Source: Clostridia bacterium (GTDB taxonomy: Bacteria > Bacillota > Clostridia > Oscillospirales > CAG-272). Taken from it: a DNA stretch of 64,000 nt. The notes under the pieces were generated by a model. That model did not search any database. It was given only the letters and a program-made list of their open reading frames with translations, and was not told the origin of the DNA. Location of the stretch: positions 1,027 to 65,026 of the forward strand of contig JAFQRL010000032.1 in assembly GCA_017410065.1 (NCBI GenBank). The letters run 5' to 3'. Of the stretch, positions 17,190 through 26,560 are shown one piece after another. The stretch's first letter is position 1; each line of letters begins with the position of its first letter. The position numbers and the translations under genes were made by a program.

Positions 17190-20100
17190 TTATACGTTGT
17201 AGAAGTCTACGAGCCTCTTAAGCCTCTCATACTTAGCCTTAGCAGTTGCTTCAGCCTTAGCGAAGAGCTCCTTTGCACGCTCGGGGAACTGCTGAGCAAG
17301 TCTGGTGTATCTAGCCTCGCCTGCGATGAACTCCTGGTAGGAGCCTGTGGGTTCCTTGGAATCGAGAGTGAAGGGGTTCTTGCCCTCTGCCTTAAGAGCG
17401 GGGTTGTATCTGAACATGTTCCAGTAGCCTGCCTCAACAGCCTTCTTCATCTCAGCCTGGCAGTTAGCCATACCGCCCTTGATGGAGTGCATCTCACAAG
17501 GAGCGTAGCCGATTACGAGAGAAGGTCCGGGATATGCCTCAGCCTCTGCAAGAGCCTTAAGGGTCTGGTTCATATCTGCGCCCATAGCGATCTGTGCAAC
17601 GTAAACGTAGCCGTAGGACATTGCGATCTCTGCAAGGTTCTTCTTGCCGATAGCCTTACCTGCTGCCGCGAACTGTGCAACCTGACCGATGTTGGAAGCC
17701 TTGGAAGCCTGTCCACCTGTGTTGGAGTAAACCTCGGTATCGAATACCATAATGTTTACGTCCTCGCCGGAAGCGATAACGTGGTCAAGACCGCCGAAGC
17801 CGATATCGTATGCCCAGCCGTCGCCGCCGAAGATCCAAACAGCCTTCTTGGAGAGGAACTTCTTCTCAGCGAGGATCTTGGGAGCGGTGGGGCAACCTGC
17901 AGCTGCTGCTGCCTCAAGCTCTGCAATAAGAGCCTTGGTTGCGGACTCGTTCTTCGCGCCGTTATCCTTGGTTGCAAGGAACTCAGCTGCTGCCGCCTTG
18001 AAGGACTCGGAAGCCTTCTCGGATGCTGCCATTTCCTCAACCATCTTGATAAGCTTATCGCGGATAGCCTTCTGACCAACGAACATACCGAGACCGTGCT
18101 CTGCGTTATCCTCGAAGAGGGAGTTAGCCCAAGCGGGACCTCTGCCGGACTCCTTGTTTACAGTGTAGGGAGTTGCGGGAGCGGAGCCACCCCAAATGGA
18201 GGAACAGCCTGTTGCGTTGGAGATATACATTCTCTCACCGAAGAGCTGGGTGATAAGACGAGCATAGGAGGTCTCTGCACAGCCTGCGCAAGAGCCCGAA
18301 TACTCAAGGAGAGGCTGCTTGAACTGGCTACCCTTAACGGATACTGCAACAAGCTCTGCCTTCTCGGAAACGTTTGCAACCGCATAGTCGTATGCAGGCT
18401 GCTGATCAAGCTGAGTTGCGATGGGCTTCATCTCGAGTGCGGGAGCCTTACCTGTCTTAGCAGCATTTGCGGTAACAGGGCAAGCCTTAACGCAAAGGGT
18501 ACAACCCATACAGTCAAGAGGAGAAACCGCCATTGTGAACTTGTAGTTGGTCTTAGCAACGGGCTTCTCGGTGAACTTGGTTACTGCGGGAGCTGCCGCA
18601 GCCTCATCCTCGGTCATAGCGAAGGGACGGATGCAGGCGTGAGGACATACGAACGCGCAGTTATTACACTGGATACAGGTCTCGGGATTCCACTGAGGAA
18701 CGGAAACGGCAACGCCGCGCTTCTCATAAGCGGTAGAGCCCTGGGGGAAGGTACCGTCTGCGTACTTAGCGAATGCCGCAACGCCGAGGGAATCACCCTT
18801 CATAGAGTTTACGGGAAGAACGATGTCGTTAACGAAGTCAACGAGATCGGCTCTTGTACCGTTTGCCTTTGCGCGAGGAGCATCAGCACCTGCGTTTGCC
18901 CACTCTGCGGGAACAGCTACAAGGTTAAGAGCATCCTTACCTGCGTCGATAGCCTTGTGGTTGAGGTCAACGATAGCCTGACCCTTCTTGAGGTAGGACT
19001 TGGTTGCCATATACTTCATATAGTCGATCGCTTCGTCGATGGGAAGGATCTTTGCAAGAGTGAAGAATGCAGACTGAAGAACGGTGTTCTTAACCTTTGC
19101 GTTACCGAGGTCGATAGCGATCTTGGTTGCGTTGATGGTGTAGAACTTGATGTTGTTCTTTGCGATATAGGACTTAACCGATGCGGGAATGTGAGCATCG
19201 AGCTCAGCATCGCTCCAAGGACAGTCAAGGAGGAAGGTACCGCCGGGCTTAACGTCGGATATCATATCGTACTTTGTGAGATATGCGTTGTTGTGGCAAG
19301 CAACGAAGTCTGCCTTATTGATATAATAAGAGGACTTGATGGGGCTATCACCGAATCTGAGGTGAGAAATAGTGATACCCGAGGTCTTCTTGGAGTCATA
19401 CTGGAAGTATGCCTGAATGAACTTATCGGTGTGGTCGCCGATGATCTTGATGGAGTTCTTGTTTGCACCAACTGTACCGTCGCCGCCGAGACCCCAGAAC
19501 TTGCACTGGATCATATCGGTGGGTGCGGTGTCGGGAGCAGCCTCCTCAGCAAGAGAAAGACCCATAAGGTCGTCTACGATACCGATAGTGAAGTGATTCT
19601 TCTTCTCGCCTGCCATATTCTTATAAACAGCGAATATGGATGCGGGAGTGGTATCCTTAGAGCCGAGACCGTATCTGCCGCCAAGAACCTTGATGCCGTC
19701 TCTGCCAACCTCGTTGAGGGCGGCGATAACGTCGAGGTAAAGGGGCTCGCCAAGAGAGCCGGGCTCCTTGGTTCTATCAAGAACGGAAACTACCTTTGCG
19801 GTTGCGGGAATAGCCTCGCTGAGCTTGGAAGCAACGAAGGGTCTGTAAAGACGAACCTTAACAAGACCTACCTTCTCGCCCTTTGCGTTGAGGTAATCGA
19901 TAACCTCCTCAGCAACGTCACAAACAGAGCCCATAGCAACGATAACTCTCTCTGCATCGGGTGCACCGTAGTAGTTGAAGAGCTTGTAGTTTGTGCCGAT
20001 CTTTGCGTTGACCTTGTCCATATACTCCTCAACGATAGCGGGAAGTGCCTCGTAGTAGGGGTTGCAAGCCTCTCTGTGCTGGAAGAAGATATCGCCGTTT

Positions 20101-20783
20101 TCAGCAGAGCCGCGAAGAGCGGGAGTCTCGGGGTTGAGAGAGCGATTGCGGAAGCCTGCGATAGCATCGAAATCAGCCATCTCTGCAAGATCCTTATAGT
20201 CCCAAGCAGCAACCTTGGTGATCTCGTGAGAGGTTCTGAAGCCGTCGAAGAAGTTAAGGAAGGGTACTCTGCCCTTGATGGTTGCAAGGTGAGCAACCGC
20301 ACCGAGGTCCATAACCTCCTGAGCGTTGGTCTCAGCCATCATTGCAAAGCCTGTCTGACGGCAAGCATAAACGTCGGAATGGTCGCCGAAGATGTTAAGA
20401 GCGTGGGAAGCAACGCATCTTGCGGAAACGTGAATTACGCAAGGAAGAAGCTCACCGGCGATCTTATACATATTGGGGATCATAAGGAGAAGACCCTGAG
20501 ACGCGGTGTAGGTGGTGGTGAGAGCGCCTGCTGCAAGAGAACCGTGAACGGTACCTGCTGCGCCTGCCTCGGACTGCATCTCAACAACCTTAACGTTCTG
20601 ACCGAAGATATTCTTCGCAGGCTCGCCAAAGATGTTCTTATCGGATGCGGACCAGGTGTCTGTTACCTCAGCCATAACCGAGCTGGGGGTGATGGGGTAG
20701 ATGGCAGCAACCTCTGTGAACGCGTAAGATACGTGCGCAGCAGCGGTGTTACCATCCATAGAAATTTTTCTTCTTTCTATCAT
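17190..20783 (-). CDS. nifJ: Pyruvate:ferredoxin (flavodoxin) oxidoreductase
   Basis: 1197 aa. MDGNTAAAHVSYAFTEVAAIYPITPSS N-terminus, two 4Fe-4S ferredoxin motifs (CIQCNNCAFVCPH and CMGCTLCVKACP), and the TPP domain GGDGWAYDIG. Start set at ATG 20783 after GGAGGA. Confidence 0.95.
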   Translation of the reverse strand: MIERRKISMDGNTAAAHVSYAFTEVAAIYPITPSSVMAEVTDTWSASDKNIFGEPAKNIFGQNVKVVEMQSEAGAAGTVHGSLAAGALTTTYTASQGLLLMIPNMYKIAGELLPCVIHVSARCVASHALNIFGDHSDVYACRQTGFAMMAETNAQEVMDLGAVAHLATIKGRVPFLNFFDGFRTSHEITKVAAWDYKDLAEMADFDAIAGFRNRSLNPETPALRGSAENGDIFFQHREACNPYYEALPAIVEEYMDKVNAKIGTNYKLFNYYGAPDAERVIVAMGSVCDVAEEVIDYLNAKGEKVGLVKVRLYRPFVASKLSEAIPATAKVVSVLDRTKEPGSLGEPLYLDVIAALNEVGRDGIKVLGGRYGLGSKDTTPASIFAVYKNMAGEKKNHFTIGIVDDLMGLSLAEEAAPDTAPTDMIQCKFWGLGGDGTVGANKNSIKIIGDHTDKFIQAYFQYDSKKTSGITISHLRFGDSPIKSSYYINKADFVACHNNAYLTKYDMISDVKPGGTFLLDCPWSDAELDAHIPASVKSYIAKNNIKFYTINATKIAIDLGNAKVKNTVLQSAFFTLAKILPIDEAIDYMKYMATKSYLKKGQAIVDLNHKAIDAGKDALNLVAVPAEWANAGADAPRAKANGTRADLVDFVNDIVLPVNSMKGDSLGVAAFAKYADGTFPQGSTAYEKRGVAVSVPQWNPETCIQCNNCAFVCPHACIRPFAMTEDEAAAAPAVTKFTEKPVAKTNYKFTMAVSPLDCMGCTLCVKACPVTANAAKTGKAPALEMKPIATQLDQQPAYDYAVANVSEKAELVAVSVKGSQFKQPLLEYSGSCAGCAETSYARLITQLFGERMYISNATGCSSIWGGSAPATPYTVNKESGRGPAWANSLFEDNAEHGLGMFVGQKAIRDKLIKMVEEMAASEKASESFKAAAAEFLATKDNGAKNESATKALIAELEAAAAAGCPTAPKILAEKKFLSKKAVWIFGGDGWAYDIGFGGLDHVIASGEDVNIMVFDTEVYSNTGGQASKASNIGQVAQFAAAGKAIGKKNLAEIAMSYGYVYVAQIAMGADMNQTLKALAEAEAYPGPSLVIGYAPCEMHSIKGGMANCQAEMKKAVEAGYWNMFRYNPALKAEGKNPFTLDSKEPTGSYQEFIAGEARYTRLAQQFPERAKELFAKAEATAKAKYERLKRLVDFYNV

Positions 20784-20912
20784 TGGATTGTCCTCCATAT
20801 AAAAATTTATTAACAAAGGTAGTATAAACGCGCAAAAAAGACAAGCTCTCGCACGTCCACGTAATATTATAACACTAAATTATTAAAAAGTAAAGAGGTA
20901 AAAGGAAAGTTT

Positions 20913-20930
20913 TTGACAATTCTTTGTCAA
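20913..20930. promoter_or_regulatory. Perfect 7-4-7 palindrome TTGACAA-ttct-TTGTCAA upstream of PFOR
   Basis: Seen directly. Lies about 130 nt upstream of the PFOR start and 5 nt from the stop of the convergent-side MFS gene. Confidence 0.35.
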
Positions 20931-20934
20931 GCTT

Positions 20935-22269
20935 TTACTTCCCCGCTCTTGCTTTTGCCCGAGATATAAAGGGTATTACCGCAAACATAAGCAGAGTGAC
21001 GAGCGCACCCACGAGGAATATTTCGGGAGCGGGGATATATTCGGTGGTCATAATATCCGCGCCCGCATCCTGAAGCTTTACGCCCATAGCCTTGTTTATG
21101 CCGTTTCCGATCGCGGGGCCCGCAAGCATAGGTATAAGCACGCTGAACACCATCCTCACACCCTGAAGCTTACCCACGGCACCCTCGGGCGTGTAGTCTC
21201 TCACGGTGGAGCCGCAAAGCGCGCTGACGAAGATATATCCGCAGATCATCACGAAGCCGAATATACCGAAAACGATAAGTGCGGCGGTCTTATTCGAAGG
21301 AGGCGCAAAGTACATACCGAAAAGCCCTGCCGCCATAATCGCCGAGGCAACGTAAAGAAGCTTCGTCTTGTCCATCTTATCCGAGAGTCTGCCGAGGAAG
21401 ACGTTTATCACCGCGCCAAGAACGATAGCCACGCCGAACACCACGCTGTATTCGATCTCGGTGAAGCCGAGATAGGTCTTCATATAAATGATGAGATAGG
21501 GCATAAAGATCTGGCAAGCCACGCCGTAGATAAGCACGGCAATAAAGGTGACATAAAGAGGAAGATTATTCTTCACCACGGAGGGCTTGAAGCCGTAGAA
21601 GATCTCTCTGAAGCTTCCCGACCGCCGAAGGGTGGGGCTGTCCTTGATAATGAAGATACCGAGAAGTCCCGAAAGGGAGATGATAACGCCGAGCCCGATG
21701 AATACCGCCCGATAGCTTGTCAAGGAAACGAGGATACCGAAGCCGCCCGCCACCGCAAGCATTGCGATAAGAGGAAGTATGGAAATCACGCCCTCGACCG
21801 TGCCGCGGAATGAGGGTCTTGTGTTGTCCGTGACCCAGGCGTTGAAGGCGGCATCGTTTGCCGTCGAGCCAAAGAGGGTCATCACGCAGTCGCCAACGAC
21901 CAAAAGCGCGAGAGTGAGCGTTACCGCCTGTACGCCCTGCGTATTGAATATAGCTCCCACAAGCTCTGTGCTTGTGCAACCGAAGAGCGCGACCGTCACG
22001 CCCCATATAAGATATCCGTAGGATATGAGAGTGCGCCTGTTTCCAAGCTTATCCGAGAGCACTCCCGCGATCAGAGTGACCGCCGTTGCCGTCACGCCGC
22101 TGAGCTGTACCATAAGGGTGATAGCATCAAGATTCGGCGCGACCGTGTCGAATATAAAGAGATTGAAATACATATTCTCCACCGACCAGGCAAGCTGACC
22201 TATCGTGCCGAACAGTATAAGGATCAACCAGCTTTTTCTGCCGAATACCGTTTTTTCGTTTCCGTTCAT
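20935..22269 (-). CDS. MFS/GPH-family glycoside-cation symporter
   Basis: 444 aa with about 12 TM segments. The N-terminus WLILILFGTIGQLAWSVENMYFNLF is typical of GPH-like sugar transporters. Confidence 0.75.
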   Translation of the reverse strand: MNGNEKTVFGRKSWLILILFGTIGQLAWSVENMYFNLFIFDTVAPNLDAITLMVQLSGVTATAVTLIAGVLSDKLGNRRTLISYGYLIWGVTVALFGCTSTELVGAIFNTQGVQAVTLTLALLVVGDCVMTLFGSTANDAAFNAWVTDNTRPSFRGTVEGVISILPLIAMLAVAGGFGILVSLTSYRAVFIGLGVIISLSGLLGIFIIKDSPTLRRSGSFREIFYGFKPSVVKNNLPLYVTFIAVLIYGVACQIFMPYLIIYMKTYLGFTEIEYSVVFGVAIVLGAVINVFLGRLSDKMDKTKLLYVASAIMAAGLFGMYFAPPSNKTAALIVFGIFGFVMICGYIFVSALCGSTVRDYTPEGAVGKLQGVRMVFSVLIPMLAGPAIGNGINKAMGVKLQDAGADIMTTEYIPAPEIFLVGALVTLLMFAVIPFISRAKARAGK

Positions 22270-22286
22270 TTTCCGTTTTCCTTACC

Positions 22287-22363
22287 TTCCATTTTCAATT
22301 TTCCACTTTCCATTTTCAATTTTCCATTTTCAACTTTCCATTTTCAATTTTCCATTTTCAACT
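22287..22363. repeat. 14-bp tandem repeat (ttccattttcaaNt, about 5.5 units)
   Basis: Units start at 22287, 22308, 22322, 22336 and 22350. The array spans the last codons and the stop (22330-22332) of the AraC gene, and ends 18 nt from the MFS start codon. Confidence 0.9.
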
Positions 22364-23172
22364 TTCAACTTCCTCCACTCTCTCGGCGAGCAGCCTTCCC
22401 TTGCGCGGAAGGCTGTGCCAAAGGCGGATACCGAGCCGAAGCCCGAGGCCTTCGCGATCCTTCCAACCGTCCAATCGGTGGAGGAAAGAAGTCTTTTTGC
22501 CTGCTTCACTCTCAGGGAGGTCAGGTAGCCGAGCACCGTTCTGCCCGTGTATTCCTTGAAAAGTCGGCAGAGATAAAATTCGCTGAGGTAAAACCTCTCG
22601 GAGAGGGAGGTGAGGCTTATCTGCTCGGTATAGTGTGTGTCGATATACTTCAGTATATCCGCAACTCTGTCAAGCGTCGGGGTGGCAACCGTGGTGCGGC
22701 TGGCAATATTTTCGCAAGAGAGAGTCGCATCGAGAAGCCCGAGAACGGCGGCATAGCTGCCAAGCCCCGCGTCCTCTCGCGTGACCCTTCCGATCATTTC
22801 ATCTATAAGCCTCGAAATCCTCTCTCGCGCCTCTCCCTCGGGCCTTGCGATGAAAAGCTCGCAGTCGGGCTCCGCTCCGCAGGGGAAATGTGCGGCAGGA
22901 AGGGTTATAAGCAGTCTCGCGTAACCGCCCCCCGCATCAAGAGTTCGGTGCTCCGTGTCGGGTGCGAGCAAAAAGGCGTCTCCCGCCTTAAGATGATAAA
23001 AGGCGTCCTTAACGAAAAGGTATCTGTCGCCCTCGGTGAGCAGATAAAATTCGTATTTATCGTGAGCCTCACAGCGCGCCATATTGTTGAAGGCTATCCT
23101 CTCATAGCCAACCTTCACGTCGTATCCCTTCTCGGAAAATCCTATAACCGTTTCTCCTCCCCCCTCTCTCAT
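22330..23172 (-). CDS. AraC-family transcriptional regulator (cupin + HTH)
   Basis: N-terminal cupin sensor and C-terminal HTH (YLSEFYLCRLFKEYTGRTVLGYLTSLRVKQAKRLL). Confidence 0.85.
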   Translation of the reverse strand: MREGGGETVIGFSEKGYDVKVGYERIAFNNMARCEAHDKYEFYLLTEGDRYLFVKDAFYHLKAGDAFLLAPDTEHRTLDAGGGYARLLITLPAAHFPCGAEPDCELFIARPEGEARERISRLIDEMIGRVTREDAGLGSYAAVLGLLDATLSCENIASRTTVATPTLDRVADILKYIDTHYTEQISLTSLSERFYLSEFYLCRLFKEYTGRTVLGYLTSLRVKQAKRLLSSTDWTVGRIAKASGFGSVSAFGTAFRAREGCSPREWRKLKVENGKLKMES

Positions 23173-23340
23173 CGGATCAAAGCTCCGCGTTTAATTTTTT
23201 TACTACTCATCATTTTAGCATATAAGAAGTCAATAATCAAGCAGTTTTGGGGATTTTTATTCAAAAAAAGGCAAATTTTGCTCAAGAAAATCTGCTATAA
23301 TAGAGTTGATAGATCAAAAGCTAAAAAGCGAGGTATAAAA

Positions 23341-24429
23341 ATGAAAGCAAAGCAGCTTGCAATTATGTCGGCAGAAACGATGATGAAAAAATTTGCCGCC
23401 CCCGACCTTCCCCCTGTAACGAAGTTCCACTACCATCAGGGAGTATTTCTTTCGGGAATGCTTCATACATATCATCTCACGGGTGATGAAAGATATTACA
23501 ATTACGCAAAGGAATGGGTCGACTCCACCCTCGGCGAGGACGGTCTTCCCTACAATATGGAGACCACAGCCCTCGACGATATGCAGCCCGGCATCCTTCT
23601 ATACGAGCTCTACGAGCGAACGGGCGACCCACGCTATAAAAAGACCCTCGACAAAATTATATGGCATATAGACCGCTGGCCCAAGAGTGCCGAGGGCGGC
23701 TTCTTCCATAAGGACAACGGCAGAAGCGCAAATATGTGGCTCGACGGAATGTATATGGGCGGCCCCGTTACCGCGGAGTACGGCGCAAGATTTGCAAGAC
23801 CAGACCTCTTTGACGAGGTCCATCATCAGATGGCTCTTATGAGAGACCGCATAACGGACGAGCAAACAGGGCTGATGTACCACGCATACGACCAGGAGCG
23901 AAAGGCGACCTGGGCAGACCCCGTCACAGGCAGAGCCGCTCACTATTGGGGCAGAGCTATGGGCTGGTATGCGGTCGCAATGTTCCAGATAGCCGAGCTT
24001 CTTCCCGATAGCTACGAAAAGAAAAAGGAATTTTTAGATAAGGGCACAGAGCTCCTTCGCGCCCTCTTTAAGTATCAGGATAAAAAGACGGGGCTTTGGT
24101 ATCAGGTGATTGATAAGACCGAGGATCCCGAAAACTGGCACGAGACCTCCTGCTCCTGCCTCTTCCTCTACGCCCTTTGCCTTGCGGTTAAGGCGGGGAT
24201 GCTTGATAAGGAGGAGATGCGCCCCATAGCCTCCCTCGCCTTTGAGGGTATCAAGTCAAAGCTCGTTTTCGGCGAGGATGGCTACCTCGGTGTCAGCGGC
24301 GTTTGCATCGGCACAGGCGTTGGAGACCTTGCTCACTACTACGCCCGCCCCACCAGCGAAAACGACCTTCACGGCGTTGGCGCGTTCCTTCTTATGGCTT
24401 GCGAATACGCGAGTATATTTGAGGATTGA
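23341..24429 (+). CDS. GH105/GH88-type unsaturated glycuronyl (rhamnogalacturonyl) hydrolase
   Basis: YteR-like motifs: HYHQGVFL, MWLDGMYMGGP, WGRAMGWY. Start at ATG 23341, because the upstream part of the ORF overlaps the AraC gene antisense. Confidence 0.75.
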   Translation: MKAKQLAIMSAETMMKKFAAPDLPPVTKFHYHQGVFLSGMLHTYHLTGDERYYNYAKEWVDSTLGEDGLPYNMETTALDDMQPGILLYELYERTGDPRYKKTLDKIIWHIDRWPKSAEGGFFHKDNGRSANMWLDGMYMGGPVTAEYGARFARPDLFDEVHHQMALMRDRITDEQTGLMYHAYDQERKATWADPVTGRAAHYWGRAMGWYAVAMFQIAELLPDSYEKKKEFLDKGTELLRALFKYQDKKTGLWYQVIDKTEDPENWHETSCSCLFLYALCLAVKAGMLDKEEMRPIASLAFEGIKSKLVFGEDGYLGVSGVCIGTGVGDLAHYYARPTSENDLHGVGAFLLMACEYASIFED

Positions 24430-24540
24430 TCAAAGCTCGCGAGCGGTGATCCGCCCCTCAAAATCTTCGTTTTTGTAAACAGTTATTTGCATTTATTTAA
24501 ATAATCGCAATGAAGCAACACCGCGTTGAAAGGAAACAAA

Positions 24541-25692
24541 ATGAAAACTCCCGAAACCTCAAAGCATTTTAAAAGAGTTATCGACCCTGTCACAGGCGTA
24601 CCTCACTACGTTCTCGCAACAAGGCTTGCAAAGTATCAGCAGTCCCTCTATTACGTTAACAATCCTATGTCGAGCGACGGCAGATACCTTTGGTTTTGGT
24701 CGGTTATAAATCCCATTTATCCCGACGGCGCAGGAAAGCTTTTGAGCTTTATCGATTTTGAAACCGATGAGATCACCATCTGCTACGACATTCCCTACCA
24801 AAGCGCTCCCTACGTAGATCCCGACGACGGAACCGTCTATTTTATCACGGGCTCTTCCCTCTGCAAAAGAGAGCCGAAAAAGGATAAATTTGCCGAGGTG
24901 GTTTGCCGGATACCCGTGTTCACAAACGGCGGCGGCTACGCCACTCACTTAACGAGAACCCGTGACAAAAACAAATTCTTCCTTGACATAGGAATAAAAT
25001 GTGGCGGCGGAGTTCAAGGACTTCTCGATATACGCGACGGCTCATTTACAGAGTGGTGCAGAACCGAGCGTCCCCACAATCACGGTCAGCTAAACCCGCA
25101 AAACGATGACCTTGCGCTGATGGCGTACGACTCCTTTGCAAACGCTGACGGCACAAAAAATCGCATTCCCTACGACGAGAACGGAATTTATCAAAGACTT
25201 TGGACTCTCACCTCTGACGGCAAACGCAAAATGTGGCCACCGAAAAATAACTATGCCACACACGAATGGTGGTCGGCAGACGGAAAGACAATCTACTATT
25301 GCTCCGACTATTACGGCATCTATGGTATCGACATTGAGACAGGCGAGGACATAACAATCCTTGAAGGTATTGACCCCTGGCACGCATACAGCACGAAAGA
25401 CGACTCCCTCTTCATCTGGGACGAAAAGAAGCTCGAGCGCTACGGCGGCAAATGGTACAGAGGTTGCCCCTCGGCTCTCAATTTCTTTAACAGAACCACG
25501 GGCAAAAATCTCGTCGTTATTTCCGAAATGCCCGAAAACGGCCACACCCCCGAAAACCAAAATTCCTACCACATCGATCCCCACCCACGCTTTACCGAAA
25601 ACGAAAAATACGCCATCTTTACCACCACCGAGCTCGGCGGCGTTGATCTCGGTGTCGTAGTTGTTGACGAGCTTGTGGAGCTTACTAAGTAA
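24541..25692 (+). CDS. PL22-like oligogalacturonate-lyase-family protein, paralog 1
   Basis: About 383 aa, beta-propeller-like. HEWWSADGK and YHIDPHPRF..FTTTELGG resemble Ogl HEFW and HPHPSF..FTSD. Start at ATG 24541 to match the paralog N-termini (MKTPETSKHF). Confidence 0.7.
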   Translation: MKTPETSKHFKRVIDPVTGVPHYVLATRLAKYQQSLYYVNNPMSSDGRYLWFWSVINPIYPDGAGKLLSFIDFETDEITICYDIPYQSAPYVDPDDGTVYFITGSSLCKREPKKDKFAEVVCRIPVFTNGGGYATHLTRTRDKNKFFLDIGIKCGGGVQGLLDIRDGSFTEWCRTERPHNHGQLNPQNDDLALMAYDSFANADGTKNRIPYDENGIYQRLWTLTSDGKRKMWPPKNNYATHEWWSADGKTIYYCSDYYGIYGIDIETGEDITILEGIDPWHAYSTKDDSLFIWDEKKLERYGGKWYRGCPSALNFFNRTTGKNLVVISEMPENGHTPENQNSYHIDPHPRFTENEKYAIFTTTELGGVDLGVVVVDELVELTK

Positions 25693-25776
25693 TAACGCAT
25701 CATTCGCTTTCGCAAAAAGGCACATATTGAACGGAGAGCATCGCATCCGGACATTTATATTCAGGAGCATAAACCG

Positions 25777-26478
25777 ATGAACACCAGCGTTTTTTTATCT
25801 AACGAAATTTGTCAATCGGGCAAGCACGTTCTTCTATCGTCTGCCGAAGCAGGCGCGACCTTCCGCCTTTATAGCCTGCCAAAAGGTAAGTGCGCAATCT
25901 CGGACTGCAACGGAGAAAACGTCAGAATTTTCATTTTGCTTGAAGGATCTTTAAAAATCGGAGAGCTTATGCTCGGCGAAAGAGGAATACTCACCGTCAT
26001 AAAAACGGAAAGCATTCAAATAGCCGCGCTTAGCGATTCAAGACTGCTTGAGATCAGCCTCAAAAAAACAGCCGATGCGTGCAGTATTTCGTCCCCGAAC
26101 CCTCTTCTCTACCGCTTAGCTCCCAAATACAGAGAAGATTGCAAGAGCGAAAAAACCGTCAGCCGTATGCTCCTGCAAAGCGGCGTTATTCCGGGAATAG
26201 CGATAGGAAGCGTTGAAACACACGGCAAGGATACCGTTGCGGCACACTGCCACCCCGATTGCGACCAATTTTTCTTTTCCTTTGCCGAAAACGATATGTC
26301 GGTAATAATCGACGCTGACACAGTACCGATGAAGGGCGAGAGGCTTTTGCACATTCCTTTAGGAAGCACACACGGCGTTGAGGTTTGCGACGGCGGCTGC
26401 GCCCATTACCTTTGGATCGATTTTATATTAAACGAGCAGGGCGCCGAATATATGGACTCCGCCCACGAATTTATATAA
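25777..26478 (+). CDS. Cupin-domain protein
   Basis: AAHCHPDCDQFFFS..HIPLGSTHGVE is a cupin metal-binding pattern. aggag RBS. Confidence 0.6.
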   Translation: MNTSVFLSNEICQSGKHVLLSSAEAGATFRLYSLPKGKCAISDCNGENVRIFILLEGSLKIGELMLGERGILTVIKTESIQIAALSDSRLLEISLKKTADACSISSPNPLLYRLAPKYREDCKSEKTVSRMLLQSGVIPGIAIGSVETHGKDTVAAHCHPDCDQFFFSFAENDMSVIIDADTVPMKGERLLHIPLGSTHGVEVCDGGCAHYLWIDFILNEQGAEYMDSAHEFI

Positions 26479-26560
26479 TTGCAAAGCGAAAGTCCCTCAT
26501 CACCCACCATAATATTCAGTTTCTGCTTAATATCAACATTAATAATAGGAGAAATGCTCA

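Noticed and set aside
17487-20813. 1108-aa ORF on the plus strand
   Set aside because: It is antisense to the clearly identifiable PFOR gene, Cys/Leu/Gly/Val-rich, and has no domain motifs. It is an antisense open frame.
22205-22528. 107-aa ORF with FPFSIFHF repeats
   Set aside because: The periodic peptide is the translation of the 14-bp tandem DNA repeat on the wrong strand. It overlaps the MFS start and the AraC end.
22633-23340. 236-residue N-terminal extension of the GH105 ORF
   Set aside because: The extension is antisense to the AraC gene. The GH105-like sequence and a proper RBS begin at ATG 23341.
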